Below, in pieces: positions 22,878-32,706 of a stretch of 64,000 nt of DNA. The notes beneath the pieces are model-generated. The model did no database searches. It saw only the letters and a list, made by a program, of their open reading frames with translations, and had not been told where the DNA came from. Source of the stretch: Pseudoxanthomonas sp. (GTDB lineage Bacteria > Pseudomonadota > Gammaproteobacteria > Xanthomonadales > Xanthomonadaceae). A program made the position numbers and the translations under genes. Within the stretch, counting starts at the first letter, position 1. Each line of letters begins with the position of its first letter. Location: NCBI GenBank assembly GCA_041919795.1, contig JAYRTC010000015.1, forward strand, positions 23,721 through 87,720. The letters are read 5' to 3'.

Positions 22878-24572
22878 ATGCGCCTGTCGCAATTCCATCT
22901 ACGCACCACCAAGGAAACCCCCGCCGATGCCGAGCTGGTCAGCCACCGGCTGATGCTGCGCGCCGGCATGATCCGCAAGCTGGCCACCGGCCTGTACACC
23001 TGGTCGCCGCTGGGCCTTCGCGTGCTGCGCAAGGTGGAAAGGATCGTGCGCGAGGAAATGAACCGCGCCGGCGCCATCGAATTGCTGCTGCCGACGATCC
23101 AGCCGCGCGAATTGTGGGAAGAAACCGGGCGCTGGCAGAAGTTCGGCGGCCAGTTGCTGAAGATCAAGGACCGCAAGGAAGCCGAATACTGCTACGGCCC
23201 CACCGCCGAGGAAGCGATCACCGACTTCGCCCGCCAGGAACTGGCCAGCTACAAGCAGCTGCCGGTCAATTTCTACCAGATCCAGACCAAGTTCCGTGAC
23301 GAGATCCGCCCGCGCTTCGGGGTCATGCGCGCGCGCGAGTTCCTGATGAAAGACGCGTATTCGTTCCACCTGACCGAGGCCGGCCTGGTCGACGAATACA
23401 ACAACATGCATGCGACCTATACCCGCATCTTCACCCGCCTGGGCCTGGACTTCCGCGCGGTGCTGGCGGACTCCGGCGCGATCGGCGGCGATGCCTCGCA
23501 GGAATTCCACGTGCTGGCCGATTCGGGCGAGGACGCCATCGCCTTCTCCACCGGTTCCGATTACGCAGCCAACCTGGAAAAGGCGCAGGCGGCGACGCCG
23601 GGCGCGCGTCCCGCCGCCGCCGAGGCGATGCGCAAGGTGGATACGCCGACGCAGAAGACCTGCGAGGACGTGGCCGCGTTGCTGGGCATTCCGCTGTCGC
23701 GCACGGTCAAGTCGATCGCGGTGATGACTGCGGAAGGTTTCGTGCTGGCGCTGGTGCGCGGTGACCACTCGGTCAACGAGATCAAGCTGGGCAAGGTCGC
23801 CGGCCTGGCCGACTACCGCATGGCCACGGAAGCCGAAATCCTGGAACACCTGGGCAGCGAGCCCGGCTTCCTCGGCCCGCTCGCTCCGAAATCCGCGATC
23901 CGCGTGATCGCCGACCGCGAAGTGGCGGCGCTGTCCGATTTCGTGATCGGAGCCAACGAGGCCGGTTTCCATATCTCCGGGGTCAACTGGGCGCGCGACC
24001 TGCCCGAACCCGGAACCATCGCCGATATCCGCAACGTGGTCGAAGGCGACCGCGCCGAGGACGGCGGAGAGCTGCGCATCGTGCGCGGCATCGAGGTGGG
24101 CCACGTGTTCCAGCTGGGCCGCAGCTACGCCGAGGCGATGGACGCGACCGTGCTGGACGAAAACGGCAAGGCCACGATCCTGTCGATGGGCTGCTACGGC
24201 ATCGGCGTCTCGCGGATCGTGGCGGCGGCGATCGAACAGAACCACGACGACGCCGGCATCATCTGGCCGGAGCCGATGGCGCCGTGGACGGTGGCGATCT
24301 GCACCATCAACCCGAAGAACGACGCGGCGGTGAATGCGGCCGCGCAGCAGTTGTTCGACGAACTGCAGAACGCCGGCATCGACACCGTATTCGACGACCG
24401 CGGCCTGCGCCCGGGCCAGATGTTCGCCGACATCGAATTGATCGGCATCCCCCACCGCGTGGTGGTTTCCGAACGCGGTTTGGCTGCAGGAACTTTCGAG
24501 TACCGCGCCCGACGGGCGACGGAAGCGGAGAACCTGGGGCGCGAGGAATTGCTGGCGAAGCTGATCGGCTGA
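22878..24572 (+). CDS. proS: Proline--tRNA ligase
   Basis: 564 aa. [34 protein letters not shown]... is a canonical bacterial-type ProRS with an editing insertion. Confidence 0.97.
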   Translation: MRLSQFHLRTTKETPADAELVSHRLMLRAGMIRKLATGLYTWSPLGLRVLRKVERIVREEMNRAGAIELLLPTIQPRELWEETGRWQKFGGQLLKIKDRKEAEYCYGPTAEEAITDFARQELASYKQLPVNFYQIQTKFRDEIRPRFGVMRAREFLMKDAYSFHLTEAGLVDEYNNMHATYTRIFTRLGLDFRAVLADSGAIGGDASQEFHVLADSGEDAIAFSTGSDYAANLEKAQAATPGARPAAAEAMRKVDTPTQKTCEDVAALLGIPLSRTVKSIAVMTAEGFVLALVRGDHSVNEIKLGKVAGLADYRMATEAEILEHLGSEPGFLGPLAPKSAIRVIADREVAALSDFVIGANEAGFHISGVNWARDLPEPGTIADIRNVVEGDRAEDGGELRIVRGIEVGHVFQLGRSYAEAMDATVLDENGKATILSMGCYGIGVSRIVAAAIEQNHDDAGIIWPEPMAPWTVAICTINPKNDAAVNAAAQQLFDELQNAGIDTVFDDRGLRPGQMFADIELIGIPHRVVVSERGLAAGTFEYRARRATEAENLGREELLAKLIG

Positions 24573-24598
24573 TTATTCGCTGTCGATAGAGGCACGGA

Positions 24599-24626
24599 AA
24601 CGCCGGCATTGCCGGCGTTCTCTTTT
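24599..24626 (+). terminator. Intrinsic terminator after proS
   Basis: aacgccggc-att-gccggcgtt followed by ctcttttg. Confidence 0.75.
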
Positions 24627-24639
24627 GTAGCGGCTGGCG

Positions 24640-25136
24640 CGGGCTTTGTTCTTTTCTTGCTTCTGCCTTGGAAGGCCCCGTGAGGCGCGGCAAGTGCGCC
24701 GGGATAAACCCGAAGGGCGGCGCACAGGATGTGCGCCGTTTTCGGACGGCACATGGATGTGCCTTCCGAAAATTCCCGGCGTGCTTGCGAACCCGGCGGC
24801 TTCATCGCCGGGCGCGCCGTAGGGCGGCTTTCTTTTGGTTACTTTTCTTTGCCATTCAAAGAAAAGTGACTCGCGCATCGCGCGAAAGCTTTTGCTTCAG
24901 GACTACTGGATGAAAGGCCAAGTCACTGGGTTCCCGCCTTCGCGGGAATGACGAGCAAAACAACTGAGCAAGAAATAAAAGCAAGATCAAAAGCACCCCT
25001 CCTCAATCCTCCCCTGCGCTGCGCGCAAGGGAGGAGGCCAGAAGCAAGAGCAAGACAGATGACCAGCCATTCGGCTGTTGAGAAGCACCTCCAGCTTGCG
25101 CCGGGATGACGACCTCGGAAGATTCGGAAACTCTAG
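24640..25136. repeat. Non-coding tract packed with several REP-like palindromes
   Basis: Examples are cttttctttg-ccattc-aaagaaaag, ttcccgc-cttc-gcgggaa and cctcccctgcgc-tgc-gcgcaagggagg (24995-25033, repeated at 60131-60170). No convincing ORF. Confidence 0.5.
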
Positions 25137-26426
25137 TCAGAGATTCTTCCGCGCCGGCAACAACAAATTGCCGAACAACAACCCCGCGATCAGCGCCATC
25201 ACGATGTTGATCACCGCCAGCAACGCCGAATTCCCCACCACCACATCCTGCTGCTGCATCAGGCTCAACACCCCGCGCAGACTGTTGCTGCCGGGCACCA
25301 GCATGATGATGCCCGGCACGCGGATGATCGCGCCGGGTTTGTTGGTCCAGCGCGCGAAGGCGTTGCCTGCCGCGGTAAGGGTCAGCGCCGACAGGAAGAT
25401 CCCGACCGGGCTGCCCCAGGCTTCCCCCGCATAGCGCGAGATCAGGTAACCGCAGATCGACGCGGCCATCACCCACACGTAATCGCGGCGGTGCGCCTTG
25501 AACAACACCGCGAACGCATACGACACCAGCACCAGCGAAGCCCATTCCACCCAGTCCGGCTGCGGCCGCAGCGCGCGCACCTCCGGGTACACCCCGATCA
25601 ACTGGGCCAGGGTCAAGGCGATCAGCGTGCCCACGGTCAGCTTGAGGATGGTGGTGATGGCTCCGGCGAAACGCGCGGTGCCCGAGACCAGGTGCCCGCT
25701 GGTGAGTTCGTTGACCGCATTGGTCAGGGTCAGGCCGGGCAACAGCACCACCAGCGAGGCGATGACCACGCTGTTGAGATTGAGCGGCTGGATGAAATTG
25801 GAAACCAGCACCGCGACCAGGCCCGCCATCAACGCCGATACCGCATCGCTGGCTTCCCTGAGCCGCGGACGATTTTCGCCCAGCAACGATTGCACGCCGA
25901 TCAGCAGGCCGATGAAAGTGGCGGTGGCGATGTCCAGCCACGGCAGGCGCCACAACCCGGCCACCGTGCCCGAGGCCAGCGCGAACGCCAGCAATTGCGT
26001 GGCCCGCCAGCGCAGGCTGGGCTTGCGATCCAGCGCATGCAGGGCGGTGTGGCCCTGGGCGATGCTGATCGCCCCGTCCGCCACCGCTTCGGCGATGCGG
26101 TCGGATTCGCCCAGCTTGTACAGGTCGTTGTCGCCATGGGCCAGGCGGATCACCCGGGTGGTATCGCTGGCGCCCAGCGGCCGCGACGGATCGCTGAAAC
26201 TCAGGATCAGGCCGGTGGGATTCGACCAGGGTTCGCAGGCCAGTCCGAGTCGCGTCGCCAACGCGACCACCGCCCCTTCCAGGCGTTGCGCGGTGGTGCC
26301 ATAGCTGTGCAGGCGGCTGGCCGTCTCGCAGACGAAGGCGATGCGTTGCGCATAGGTGGACGTGCTGGCGATGTGGTCGGCTTGCGGCATGGGATTAGTG
26401 TAGGGGCTTGCGCCACGGGAAAGCAT
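25137..26426 (-). CDS. Threonine/serine exporter (ThrE) family membrane protein
   Basis: The N-terminal soluble part plus about 10 TM segments is typical of DUF1212 plus DUF3815 (ThrE) proteins. An alternative start exists at 26390. Confidence 0.78.
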   Translation of the reverse strand: MLSRGASPYTNPMPQADHIASTSTYAQRIAFVCETASRLHSYGTTAQRLEGAVVALATRLGLACEPWSNPTGLILSFSDPSRPLGASDTTRVIRLAHGDNDLYKLGESDRIAEAVADGAISIAQGHTALHALDRKPSLRWRATQLLAFALASGTVAGLWRLPWLDIATATFIGLLIGVQSLLGENRPRLREASDAVSALMAGLVAVLVSNFIQPLNLNSVVIASLVVLLPGLTLTNAVNELTSGHLVSGTARFAGAITTILKLTVGTLIALTLAQLIGVYPEVRALRPQPDWVEWASLVLVSYAFAVLFKAHRRDYVWVMAASICGYLISRYAGEAWGSPVGIFLSALTLTAAGNAFARWTNKPGAIIRVPGIIMLVPGSNSLRGVLSLMQQQDVVVGNSALLAVINIVMALIAGLLFGNLLLPARKNL

Positions 26427-26473
26427 GCCCTGATCCGGTCACGGCATAGACTGTATGCTTCCGGACGCTCGCC

Positions 26474-27589
26474 ATGACCCAGACCGACGCCCTCCCCCGC
26501 TTCGTGACCGATGACGCCGACCCCGCACGGGTGCGGCTGGCCGGGCAATGGACCATCGCGACCGCGCTGCAGGTCGCCGAGCGCCTGCGCGAAATACCGG
26601 CCGGGGCCAAGGCCATCGATGCCACCGGCATCGCCCGGATCGATTCGGCCGGCGTGCTGCAACTGCTGCGCCATGCCGTGCGCAATGGCATCGCGGTGGA
26701 AGACCTGCACTTCCGCGAGGAGCACCGGGCGCTGGTTTCGACCATCGAAGACGTGGCCGACGATCGCCCGAAGAAGAAACGCGACTACGGCTTCACCGCC
26801 GCACTGGCGCGCCTGGGCTACCGGGTGCATGACAACGGCAAGGAAATGATGGCCCTGGTCAGCTTCACCGGCGAAAACCTGGTGAAGCTGCTGCGCATCC
26901 TGCGCGAACCCAGGCGCCTGCGCGTCACCGCCACCGTGCACCACATGGAACAGGTGGGCCTGGACGCGGTACCGCTGGTGATCCTGCTGTCGTACATGGT
27001 CGGCGCGGTGATCGCCTTCCTTGGTTCGACCGTGCTGCGCGACTTCGGCGCCGAGATCTTCGTGGTGGAACTGGTCAGCATCGCCTTCCTGCGCGAATTC
27101 GCGGTGTTGATGACCGCCATCGTGCTGGCCGGGCGCACCGCCAGCGCCTTCACCGCGCAGATCGGCGCGATGCAGAGCCGCGAGGAAGTCGATGCGATCC
27201 GCACCCTGGGCCTGGATCCGATCGACCTGCTGGTGATCCCGCGGGTCCTGGCGCTGCTGGTGATGCTGCCGCTGCTGACCTTCATCTCCATGATCGCGGG
27301 CCTGGCCGGCGGCGTCACCGTGGGCGCCTTCGATCTGGGCATCCCGCCGCAGATGTACCTGGCGCGCATGCACGAGACCATGGAGGTGCGGCATTTCTTC
27401 GTCGGCATGTCCAAGGCGCCGATATTTGCGCTGGTCATCGGCCTGATCGGTTGCCTGGAGGGCCTGCAGGTGGAAGGCACCGCGCAATCGGTGGGCGATC
27501 GCACCACTTCCAGCGTGGTGCAGACGATTTCACTGGTGATCATCCTCGATGCGCTGGCGGCGTTGTGGTTCATGAACATGGGTTGGTGA
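26474..27589 (+). CDS. MlaE-family ABC transporter permease with N-terminal STAS (MlaB-like) domain
   Basis: The first ~100 aa are STAS-like (VRLAGQWTIATALQVAERL...IDSAGVLQLL). The remainder is an MlaE/YrbE permease (GAEIFVVELVSIAFLREF...). Confidence 0.85.
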   Translation: MTQTDALPRFVTDDADPARVRLAGQWTIATALQVAERLREIPAGAKAIDATGIARIDSAGVLQLLRHAVRNGIAVEDLHFREEHRALVSTIEDVADDRPKKKRDYGFTAALARLGYRVHDNGKEMMALVSFTGENLVKLLRILREPRRLRVTATVHHMEQVGLDAVPLVILLSYMVGAVIAFLGSTVLRDFGAEIFVVELVSIAFLREFAVLMTAIVLAGRTASAFTAQIGAMQSREEVDAIRTLGLDPIDLLVIPRVLALLVMLPLLTFISMIAGLAGGVTVGAFDLGIPPQMYLARMHETMEVRHFFVGMSKAPIFALVIGLIGCLEGLQVEGTAQSVGDRTTSSVVQTISLVIILDALAALWFMNMGW

Positions 27590-27790
27590 GGAGTGAAGCG
27601 TGAATGGTGAAGTCGCCCGCTGCGCGGGCTGTAAGGAGTAAAGAGTGAAGAGTGAAGTCGCCCGCTGCGCGGGCTGTAAATGGAGAAGTAAGAGCAAAGG
27701 CGCGCCTGTGCTTTTCATTGGCTATTGGCAGGCGACGCAGCCGCCGACTTCACCCTTCCCCGCTTCCCATTCACTCTTCCCCACTTTCCG
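27590..27790. repeat. Composite palindromic repeat element inside the transporter operon
   Basis: The 28-bp direct repeat gtgaagtcgcccgctgcgcgggctgtaa occurs at 27607-27634 and 27652-27679. GTGAAG-rich left arm and CTTCAC-rich right arm (gacttcaccc...cattcactcttcc). Confidence 0.65.
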
Positions 27791-27814
27791 ATGCCGTACA
27801 GGCAACGTCTCGTG

Positions 27815-28645
27815 ATGCCTGACGATACCAGCGCCGCCGCCATCCGCGTCCGCGGCCTCGTCAACCGCTTCGGCGAGCAGACCGTGCACGACGGCCTGGA
27901 CCTGGATGTGGTGCCGGGCGAGATCCTTGGCGTGGTCGGCGGCTCCGGCACCGGCAAGTCGGTGCTGATGCGTTCGATCCTGGGCTTGCGCATTCCCGAT
28001 GCCGGCCAGATCGAGGTGCTGGGCACCGATGCGCGTTCGACCCGCGCGCAGGATCGCCAGCACATCGAGCGCAATACCGGCGTGCTGTTCCAGGACGGCG
28101 CGCTGTTCTCGTCATTGACCGTCGGCGAGAACGTGCAGGTGCCGCTGAAGGAACACCATTCCGAGCTGCCCGACAGCTGGCGCTACGAGCTGGCGCTGCT
28201 GAAGGTGAAGCTGGCCGGGTTGCCGGCCGATGCCTTGAACAAGCTGCCCTCGCAACTGTCCGGCGGCATGCGCAAGCGCGCCGGGCTGGCCCGCGCATTG
28301 GCCCTGGATCCACCGCTGCTGTTCCTGGACGAACCCACTGCCGGACTGGATCCGATCGGCGCGGCCGCCTTCGACCGCCTGATCCGGACCCTGCAGCAGG
28401 CGTTGGGCCTGACCGTGTTCCTCATCACCCACGACCTGGACACCCTGTACGCTATCTGCGACCGGGTCGCGGTGCTGGCCGACCGCAAGGTGGTGATCAA
28501 TGCGCCGATCACCGAGGTCGAACAACTCGACCACCCGTGGGTGCAGGAATACTTCCACGGCCCGCGTGCGCGCGCCGCGCGCAACGGCCGCGATGCCTAC
28601 CAGGAAAAAACCATGCAAGAACGAACCCGGCAAGAGGCGTCCTGA
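27815..28645 (+). CDS. MlaF-like ABC transporter ATP-binding protein
   Basis: Walker A GGSGTGKS, signature LSGGMRKR, Walker B LLFLDEP. An alternative start exists at 27791. Confidence 0.88.
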   Translation: MPDDTSAAAIRVRGLVNRFGEQTVHDGLDLDVVPGEILGVVGGSGTGKSVLMRSILGLRIPDAGQIEVLGTDARSTRAQDRQHIERNTGVLFQDGALFSSLTVGENVQVPLKEHHSELPDSWRYELALLKVKLAGLPADALNKLPSQLSGGMRKRAGLARALALDPPLLFLDEPTAGLDPIGAAAFDRLIRTLQQALGLTVFLITHDLDTLYAICDRVAVLADRKVVINAPITEVEQLDHPWVQEYFHGPRARAARNGRDAYQEKTMQERTRQEAS

Positions 28646-28648
28646 ACC

Positions 28649-29575
28649 ATGGAAACCAAAGCCAATTACGTCCTGATCGGCGCCTTCACCCTGATCGTCG
28701 CCGCGGCGCTGCTGCTGTTCGGGCTGTGGGCCGCCAAGTATTCGTCCGAGCGCAGCTGGCAGGACTACCAGGTGGTGTTCCGCGAGGCCGTGACCGGCCT
28801 GTCGGTGGGCAGCCCGGTGCAATACAACGGCATCGCGGTCGGCTCGATCACCAAACTGTCGCTGGCGCCGAACGATCCGCGCCAGGTGATCGCGCGGATC
28901 CGCCTGGAATCCGATACCCCGGTCAAGACCGACACCCGCGCCAAGCTGGCCATCACCAGCGTGACCGGACCCTCGATCATCCAGCTCAGCGGCGGCACCC
29001 CGCAGGCGCCGGCGCTGACCACGGTCGACACCCGCGATGCACCACTGATCCAGACCACGCCCTCGGCCTTGCAGAACATCTCCGACACCGCCAATCGCAT
29101 CGTCGAACGCCTGGACCAGGTGCTGAGCGACAAGAACGTGGCGCGGATCGCGGCCACCCTGGAGAACCTGGAAACCATCAGCGGCTCCATGGCCGATCGC
29201 GACCAGGGCTTGGAGGCCCTGATCGTCAGCGCACGCGATGCCGCCCGCAACCTCGACCGGACCCTCGACACCACCAACGGCACCATGCAACGACTGGATC
29301 AGAACCTGGTGAAGCAGTTGCCACCGCTGTTGGACAAGCTCGACAGCACCCTGACCCAGCTGGACTCGGCGGCCGGCAACGCCGATGCGATCCTTGGCGA
29401 GAACCGCGCCGCCATCAACAACTTCGCCAACGAAGGGCTGGGCCAGTTGGGCCCCACCCTGTCCGAGTTGCGTCGGCTGATCCGCGACCTGCGCCAGGTC
29501 AGCGACCGCCTGGAGAGCAACCCCGCGCGCTACCTGCTGGGCCGCGACGCACCCAAGGAGTTCGAACCAAAATGA
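28649..29575 (+). CDS. MlaD/MCE-domain substrate-binding protein
   Basis: N-terminal TM anchor (METKANYVLIGAFTLIVAAALLLFGLW), an MCE domain, then a long helical C-terminus. Confidence 0.88.
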   Translation: METKANYVLIGAFTLIVAAALLLFGLWAAKYSSERSWQDYQVVFREAVTGLSVGSPVQYNGIAVGSITKLSLAPNDPRQVIARIRLESDTPVKTDTRAKLAITSVTGPSIIQLSGGTPQAPALTTVDTRDAPLIQTTPSALQNISDTANRIVERLDQVLSDKNVARIAATLENLETISGSMADRDQGLEALIVSARDAARNLDRTLDTTNGTMQRLDQNLVKQLPPLLDKLDSTLTQLDSAAGNADAILGENRAAINNFANEGLGQLGPTLSELRRLIRDLRQVSDRLESNPARYLLGRDAPKEFEPK

Positions 29576-30213
29576 GATCCATGCGCTCCACCCGCCCACA
29601 TCTGCTTGCCGTGGTCGCGCTGCTCGCGCTGACCGGCTGCTCGATCCTGGGTGGCGAACAACGCGATCCGGTCACGATCTATGCGCCGCGGCCACAGGTC
29701 GCAACGGATCCTTCCTGGCCGACGGTGGCCTGGCAATTGTCGGTCGGCAAGCCCACCGCCCCGCGCGTGGTCGACAGCCCGCGCATCGCCGTGCGCCCCT
29801 CACCCGGCGAGTTGCAGGTGTACAAGGGCGCGAGCTGGTCGCAGCCCTCCACCGACCTGGTCGAAGCCACCGTGCTTCGCGCACTGGAGGATTCGGGCCG
29901 GATTCCCGCCGTCGCCCGCGATGGCAGCGGCATCCGCGCCGACTACAAGCTGGTCATGGATCTGCGCCGTTTCGAATCCGACTACGCCGGCGCCGCGATT
30001 CCTTCCGCCACCATCGAGCTCACCGCCAAGCTGTTGCACGCCAGCGACCAGCGCATCGTCGCCTCGCGCACCTTCCTGCAGGTGCAACCTTCCAGCGGAA
30101 CCGAACTGGCCCAGGTGACCAGTGCCTTCGACCAGGCACTGGGAAAGCTGGGCGCTGAAGTAACGGGCTGGGTGCTGGTCACCGGTGAGGCGGATGCGAG
30201 GAGCAAGCCGTAG
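29572..30213 (+). CDS. ABC-type transport auxiliary lipoprotein (PqiC/DUF330-like)
   Basis: ATGA overlap with the upstream stop. Lipobox LALTGC. This fourth-gene position is typical of MCE operons. Confidence 0.78.
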   Translation: MRSMRSTRPHLLAVVALLALTGCSILGGEQRDPVTIYAPRPQVATDPSWPTVAWQLSVGKPTAPRVVDSPRIAVRPSPGELQVYKGASWSQPSTDLVEATVLRALEDSGRIPAVARDGSGIRADYKLVMDLRRFESDYAGAAIPSATIELTAKLLHASDQRIVASRTFLQVQPSSGTELAQVTSAFDQALGKLGAEVTGWVLVTGEADARSKP

Positions 30214-30277
30214 GAGCGACGTGAGTCGCGAAACCTGAATGCACGATGCGTGGTTTCGCGACTCACGTCGCTCCTAC
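30210..30277. repeat. REP palindrome (GTAGGAGCGACGTGAGTCGCGAA variant)
   Basis: gtaggagcgacgtgagtcgcgaaacc ... ggtttcgcgactcacgtcgctcctac. Overlaps the lipoprotein stop codon. Confidence 0.8.
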
Positions 30278-30300
30278 GCCTATCCATGCCATTGGCTCGA

Positions 30301-30912
30301 TCAGGCCACGATCCTGCGAAATGTGAGGTTGATGCGCTCCCCCACCGGCCTGGCCGTGCGCGGCAAGGCATGCTTGTAGTTCCGTTGCGTATCGCCCCCC
30401 ATCACCAGCAGGCTGCCGTGCGGCAATTCCAGCTCCAGTTTCCGCGATGACTCCTCTCGGTGTTTCAACACGAAGCGCCGCGTCGCTCCCAGGCTCAGCG
30501 AGGCGATCAGCGGCCGCGGGCCCAGCGCGGATTCGTTGTCGCTATGCCAACCCATATAGTCGCGTCCCTCGCGATAGCGATTGGCCAGGACGCTGTTGAA
30601 TGCGCTATCCAGTTCGTCCGCCAGCCGCTGGCGGACGGGGAGCAACGATGCAGGCCAGGGATACGGCTGGAAATGTGTGCCGGAATAGGTGTAGGCCGCG
30701 CCTTCATCGCCGATCCAGCAACTGAGCCGTGGCGAATCCACTTCGCGTCCGAACAGGCGGATACGATGGGTTTGCCAACGGATTCCCTCGCGCAGCGAAA
30801 CCAGCAACGCATCTGCCTCTACCGTTGCCAGCCAATCGGACGCGAACCGGAGTTCCGCGCCCGGCAATGCGTCCTCGTTACCATTCGCTGCAAGCGGACG
30901 CAGTACGGTCAT
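30301..30912 (-). CDS. alkB: Alpha-ketoglutarate-dependent dioxygenase AlkB
   Basis: Fe/2OG motifs MGWHSDNE, HAL and RINLTFR. Start at MTVLRP. Confidence 0.85.
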   Translation of the reverse strand: MTVLRPLAANGNEDALPGAELRFASDWLATVEADALLVSLREGIRWQTHRIRLFGREVDSPRLSCWIGDEGAAYTYSGTHFQPYPWPASLLPVRQRLADELDSAFNSVLANRYREGRDYMGWHSDNESALGPRPLIASLSLGATRRFVLKHREESSRKLELELPHGSLLVMGGDTQRNYKHALPRTARPVGERINLTFRRIVA

Positions 30913-30980
30913 GCCGCCATGCTCGCGGATTTGCCCCGCACTGCGCAAACACTGAAAATGACCACAGCCATAAGCCAGCC

Positions 30981-32645
30981 ATGGAGTTCCCGATGACCGA
31001 TGCCGAACAAGCCAGCGCGGCGCATGATGCAGTAGAGCGCGACGTGATGGAGTACGACGTCGTCACCGTCGGCGCGGGCCCGGCCGGCCTCTCGTTCGCC
31101 ATTCGCCTGAAGCAGCTGAATCCGGAACTCACGGTCTGCGTGATCGAGAAGTCCAGCACCATCGGCGCGCACATCCTGTCCGGCGCGGTGGTCGAGCCCG
31201 GCCCGCTGGATGCGCTGCTGCCCGGCTGGCGCGAGGCGCCACCGCCGATCTGCGTGGCGGCGAAGGAAGACGAGTTCTGGCATCTCGGCAAGACCGGCGG
31301 GCGCAAGTTCCCGCTGGTGCCGCCAGGCATGCACAACAAGGGCAACTTCATCGTCAGCCTCGGCGCGATGTGCGCCTGGCTGGCGCCGCAGGCCGAAGCC
31401 CTGGGCGTGGAGATCTATCCCGGTTTCGCCGCCGCCGAGACCTTGCATGACGCGGATGGCAAGGTCATCGGCGTGCGCATCGGCGACATGGGCGTGGCCA
31501 GGGACGGTTCGCACAAGCCCGGCTACACCGCCGGCATCGACATCCACGCCAAGGTCACGGTGCTGGCCGAGGGCGCGCGCGGCCACCTGACCAAGCGCCT
31601 GGTCAAACGCTTCGCCCTGGACCGGGACAGCGATCCGCAGGCCTATTCGATCGGCATCAAGGAACTGTGGCAGGTGCCGGAAGGCCGCGTGTCGCCCGGC
31701 AAGATCGTGCACACACTGGGCTGGCCGGCCGACAACAGGATCTACGGCGGCAGCTTCCTCTACCACCTGGACAACAACCAGATCGCGCTGGGCTACGTCA
31801 GTGGGCTGGATTACACGGACCCGGAATACAAGCCTTGGGAAGCCTTCCAGCAATGGAAGAACCACCCGCTGATCGCGCCATTGCTCGAAGGCGGCACCAT
31901 CCTTTCCGCCGGCGCGCGCGCCATCGTCACCGGCGGCTGGCAGTCGCTACCCAAGGTCGAGATGCCGGGCGCGCTGTTGATCGGCGACACCGCCGGCTTG
32001 CTCAACGTGCCCAAGATCAAGGGCACCCACCAGGCGATCCGCAGCGGCATGCTGGCCGCCGAACACCTGGCGCAGTCATCGCAACAGGGCGCGCTGGATC
32101 CGGCCGGCTTCGACGCCAGGCTACGCGCTTCCGAGGCGATGAAGGAACTCAGGCAAGTCCGCAACATCAAGCCCGGCTTCAAGAAGGGCCTGTGGTTCGG
32201 CATGCTCAATGCGGCCTGGGAAACCGTCACCGCCGGCCTGTCACCATGGACGCTGAAGGTGAAACCGGACTGGTCGTCGCTGGACAAGATCGGCGAACAC
32301 GAGGCGCCGAAGCGCGACTACGTGCAACGCACTCTGGCCCCGCGCGACCGCCTGCAAGCCGTGTACTACGCCGCCACCGAACACGACGAAGACCAGCCGG
32401 TGCACCTCAAGGTCGCCGACACCTCGATCTGCGTGACGAAATGCACCGAGGAATACGACAACCCCTGCACCCGCTTCTGCCCGGCCAACGTCTACGAGAT
32501 CGTGTCTGACGAAGCCGGCAAGCGCCTGCAGATCAACTCAGCCAACTGCGTCCACTGCAAGACCTGCGACATCAAGGACCCGTACGAAATCATCACCTGG
32601 GTCACGCCGGAAGGCGGCTCGGGGCCGAATTACCAAGGACTTTAG
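30981..32645 (+). CDS. Electron transfer flavoprotein-ubiquinone oxidoreductase (ETF-QO)
   Basis: FAD motif DVVTVGAGPAGLS. C-terminal 4Fe-4S motif CPANVYE...NCVHCKTCDIKDP. An alternative start exists at 30993. Confidence 0.93.
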   Translation: MEFPMTDAEQASAAHDAVERDVMEYDVVTVGAGPAGLSFAIRLKQLNPELTVCVIEKSSTIGAHILSGAVVEPGPLDALLPGWREAPPPICVAAKEDEFWHLGKTGGRKFPLVPPGMHNKGNFIVSLGAMCAWLAPQAEALGVEIYPGFAAAETLHDADGKVIGVRIGDMGVARDGSHKPGYTAGIDIHAKVTVLAEGARGHLTKRLVKRFALDRDSDPQAYSIGIKELWQVPEGRVSPGKIVHTLGWPADNRIYGGSFLYHLDNNQIALGYVSGLDYTDPEYKPWEAFQQWKNHPLIAPLLEGGTILSAGARAIVTGGWQSLPKVEMPGALLIGDTAGLLNVPKIKGTHQAIRSGMLAAEHLAQSSQQGALDPAGFDARLRASEAMKELRQVRNIKPGFKKGLWFGMLNAAWETVTAGLSPWTLKVKPDWSSLDKIGEHEAPKRDYVQRTLAPRDRLQAVYYAATEHDEDQPVHLKVADTSICVTKCTEEYDNPCTRFCPANVYEIVSDEAGKRLQINSANCVHCKTCDIKDPYEIITWVTPEGGSGPNYQGL

Positions 32646-32668
32646 ACAGCCGACGCGTAGAACGACGC

Positions 32669-32702
32669 AAAAAAAAAGCCCCGGTTAACGGGGCTTTTTA
32701 TT
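32669..32702. terminator. Bidirectional intrinsic terminator
   Basis: aaaaaaaaagccccg-gttaa-cggggcttttta between convergent ETF-QO and the metalloprotease. Confidence 0.8.
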
Positions 32703-32706
32703 GAAC

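Noticed and set aside
27607-27679. Possible CRISPR array (28-bp direct repeat with a spacer).
   Set aside because: There are only two copies, the spacer is 17 bp, each unit is itself a palindrome, and there are no cas genes. It behaves like a REP doublet.
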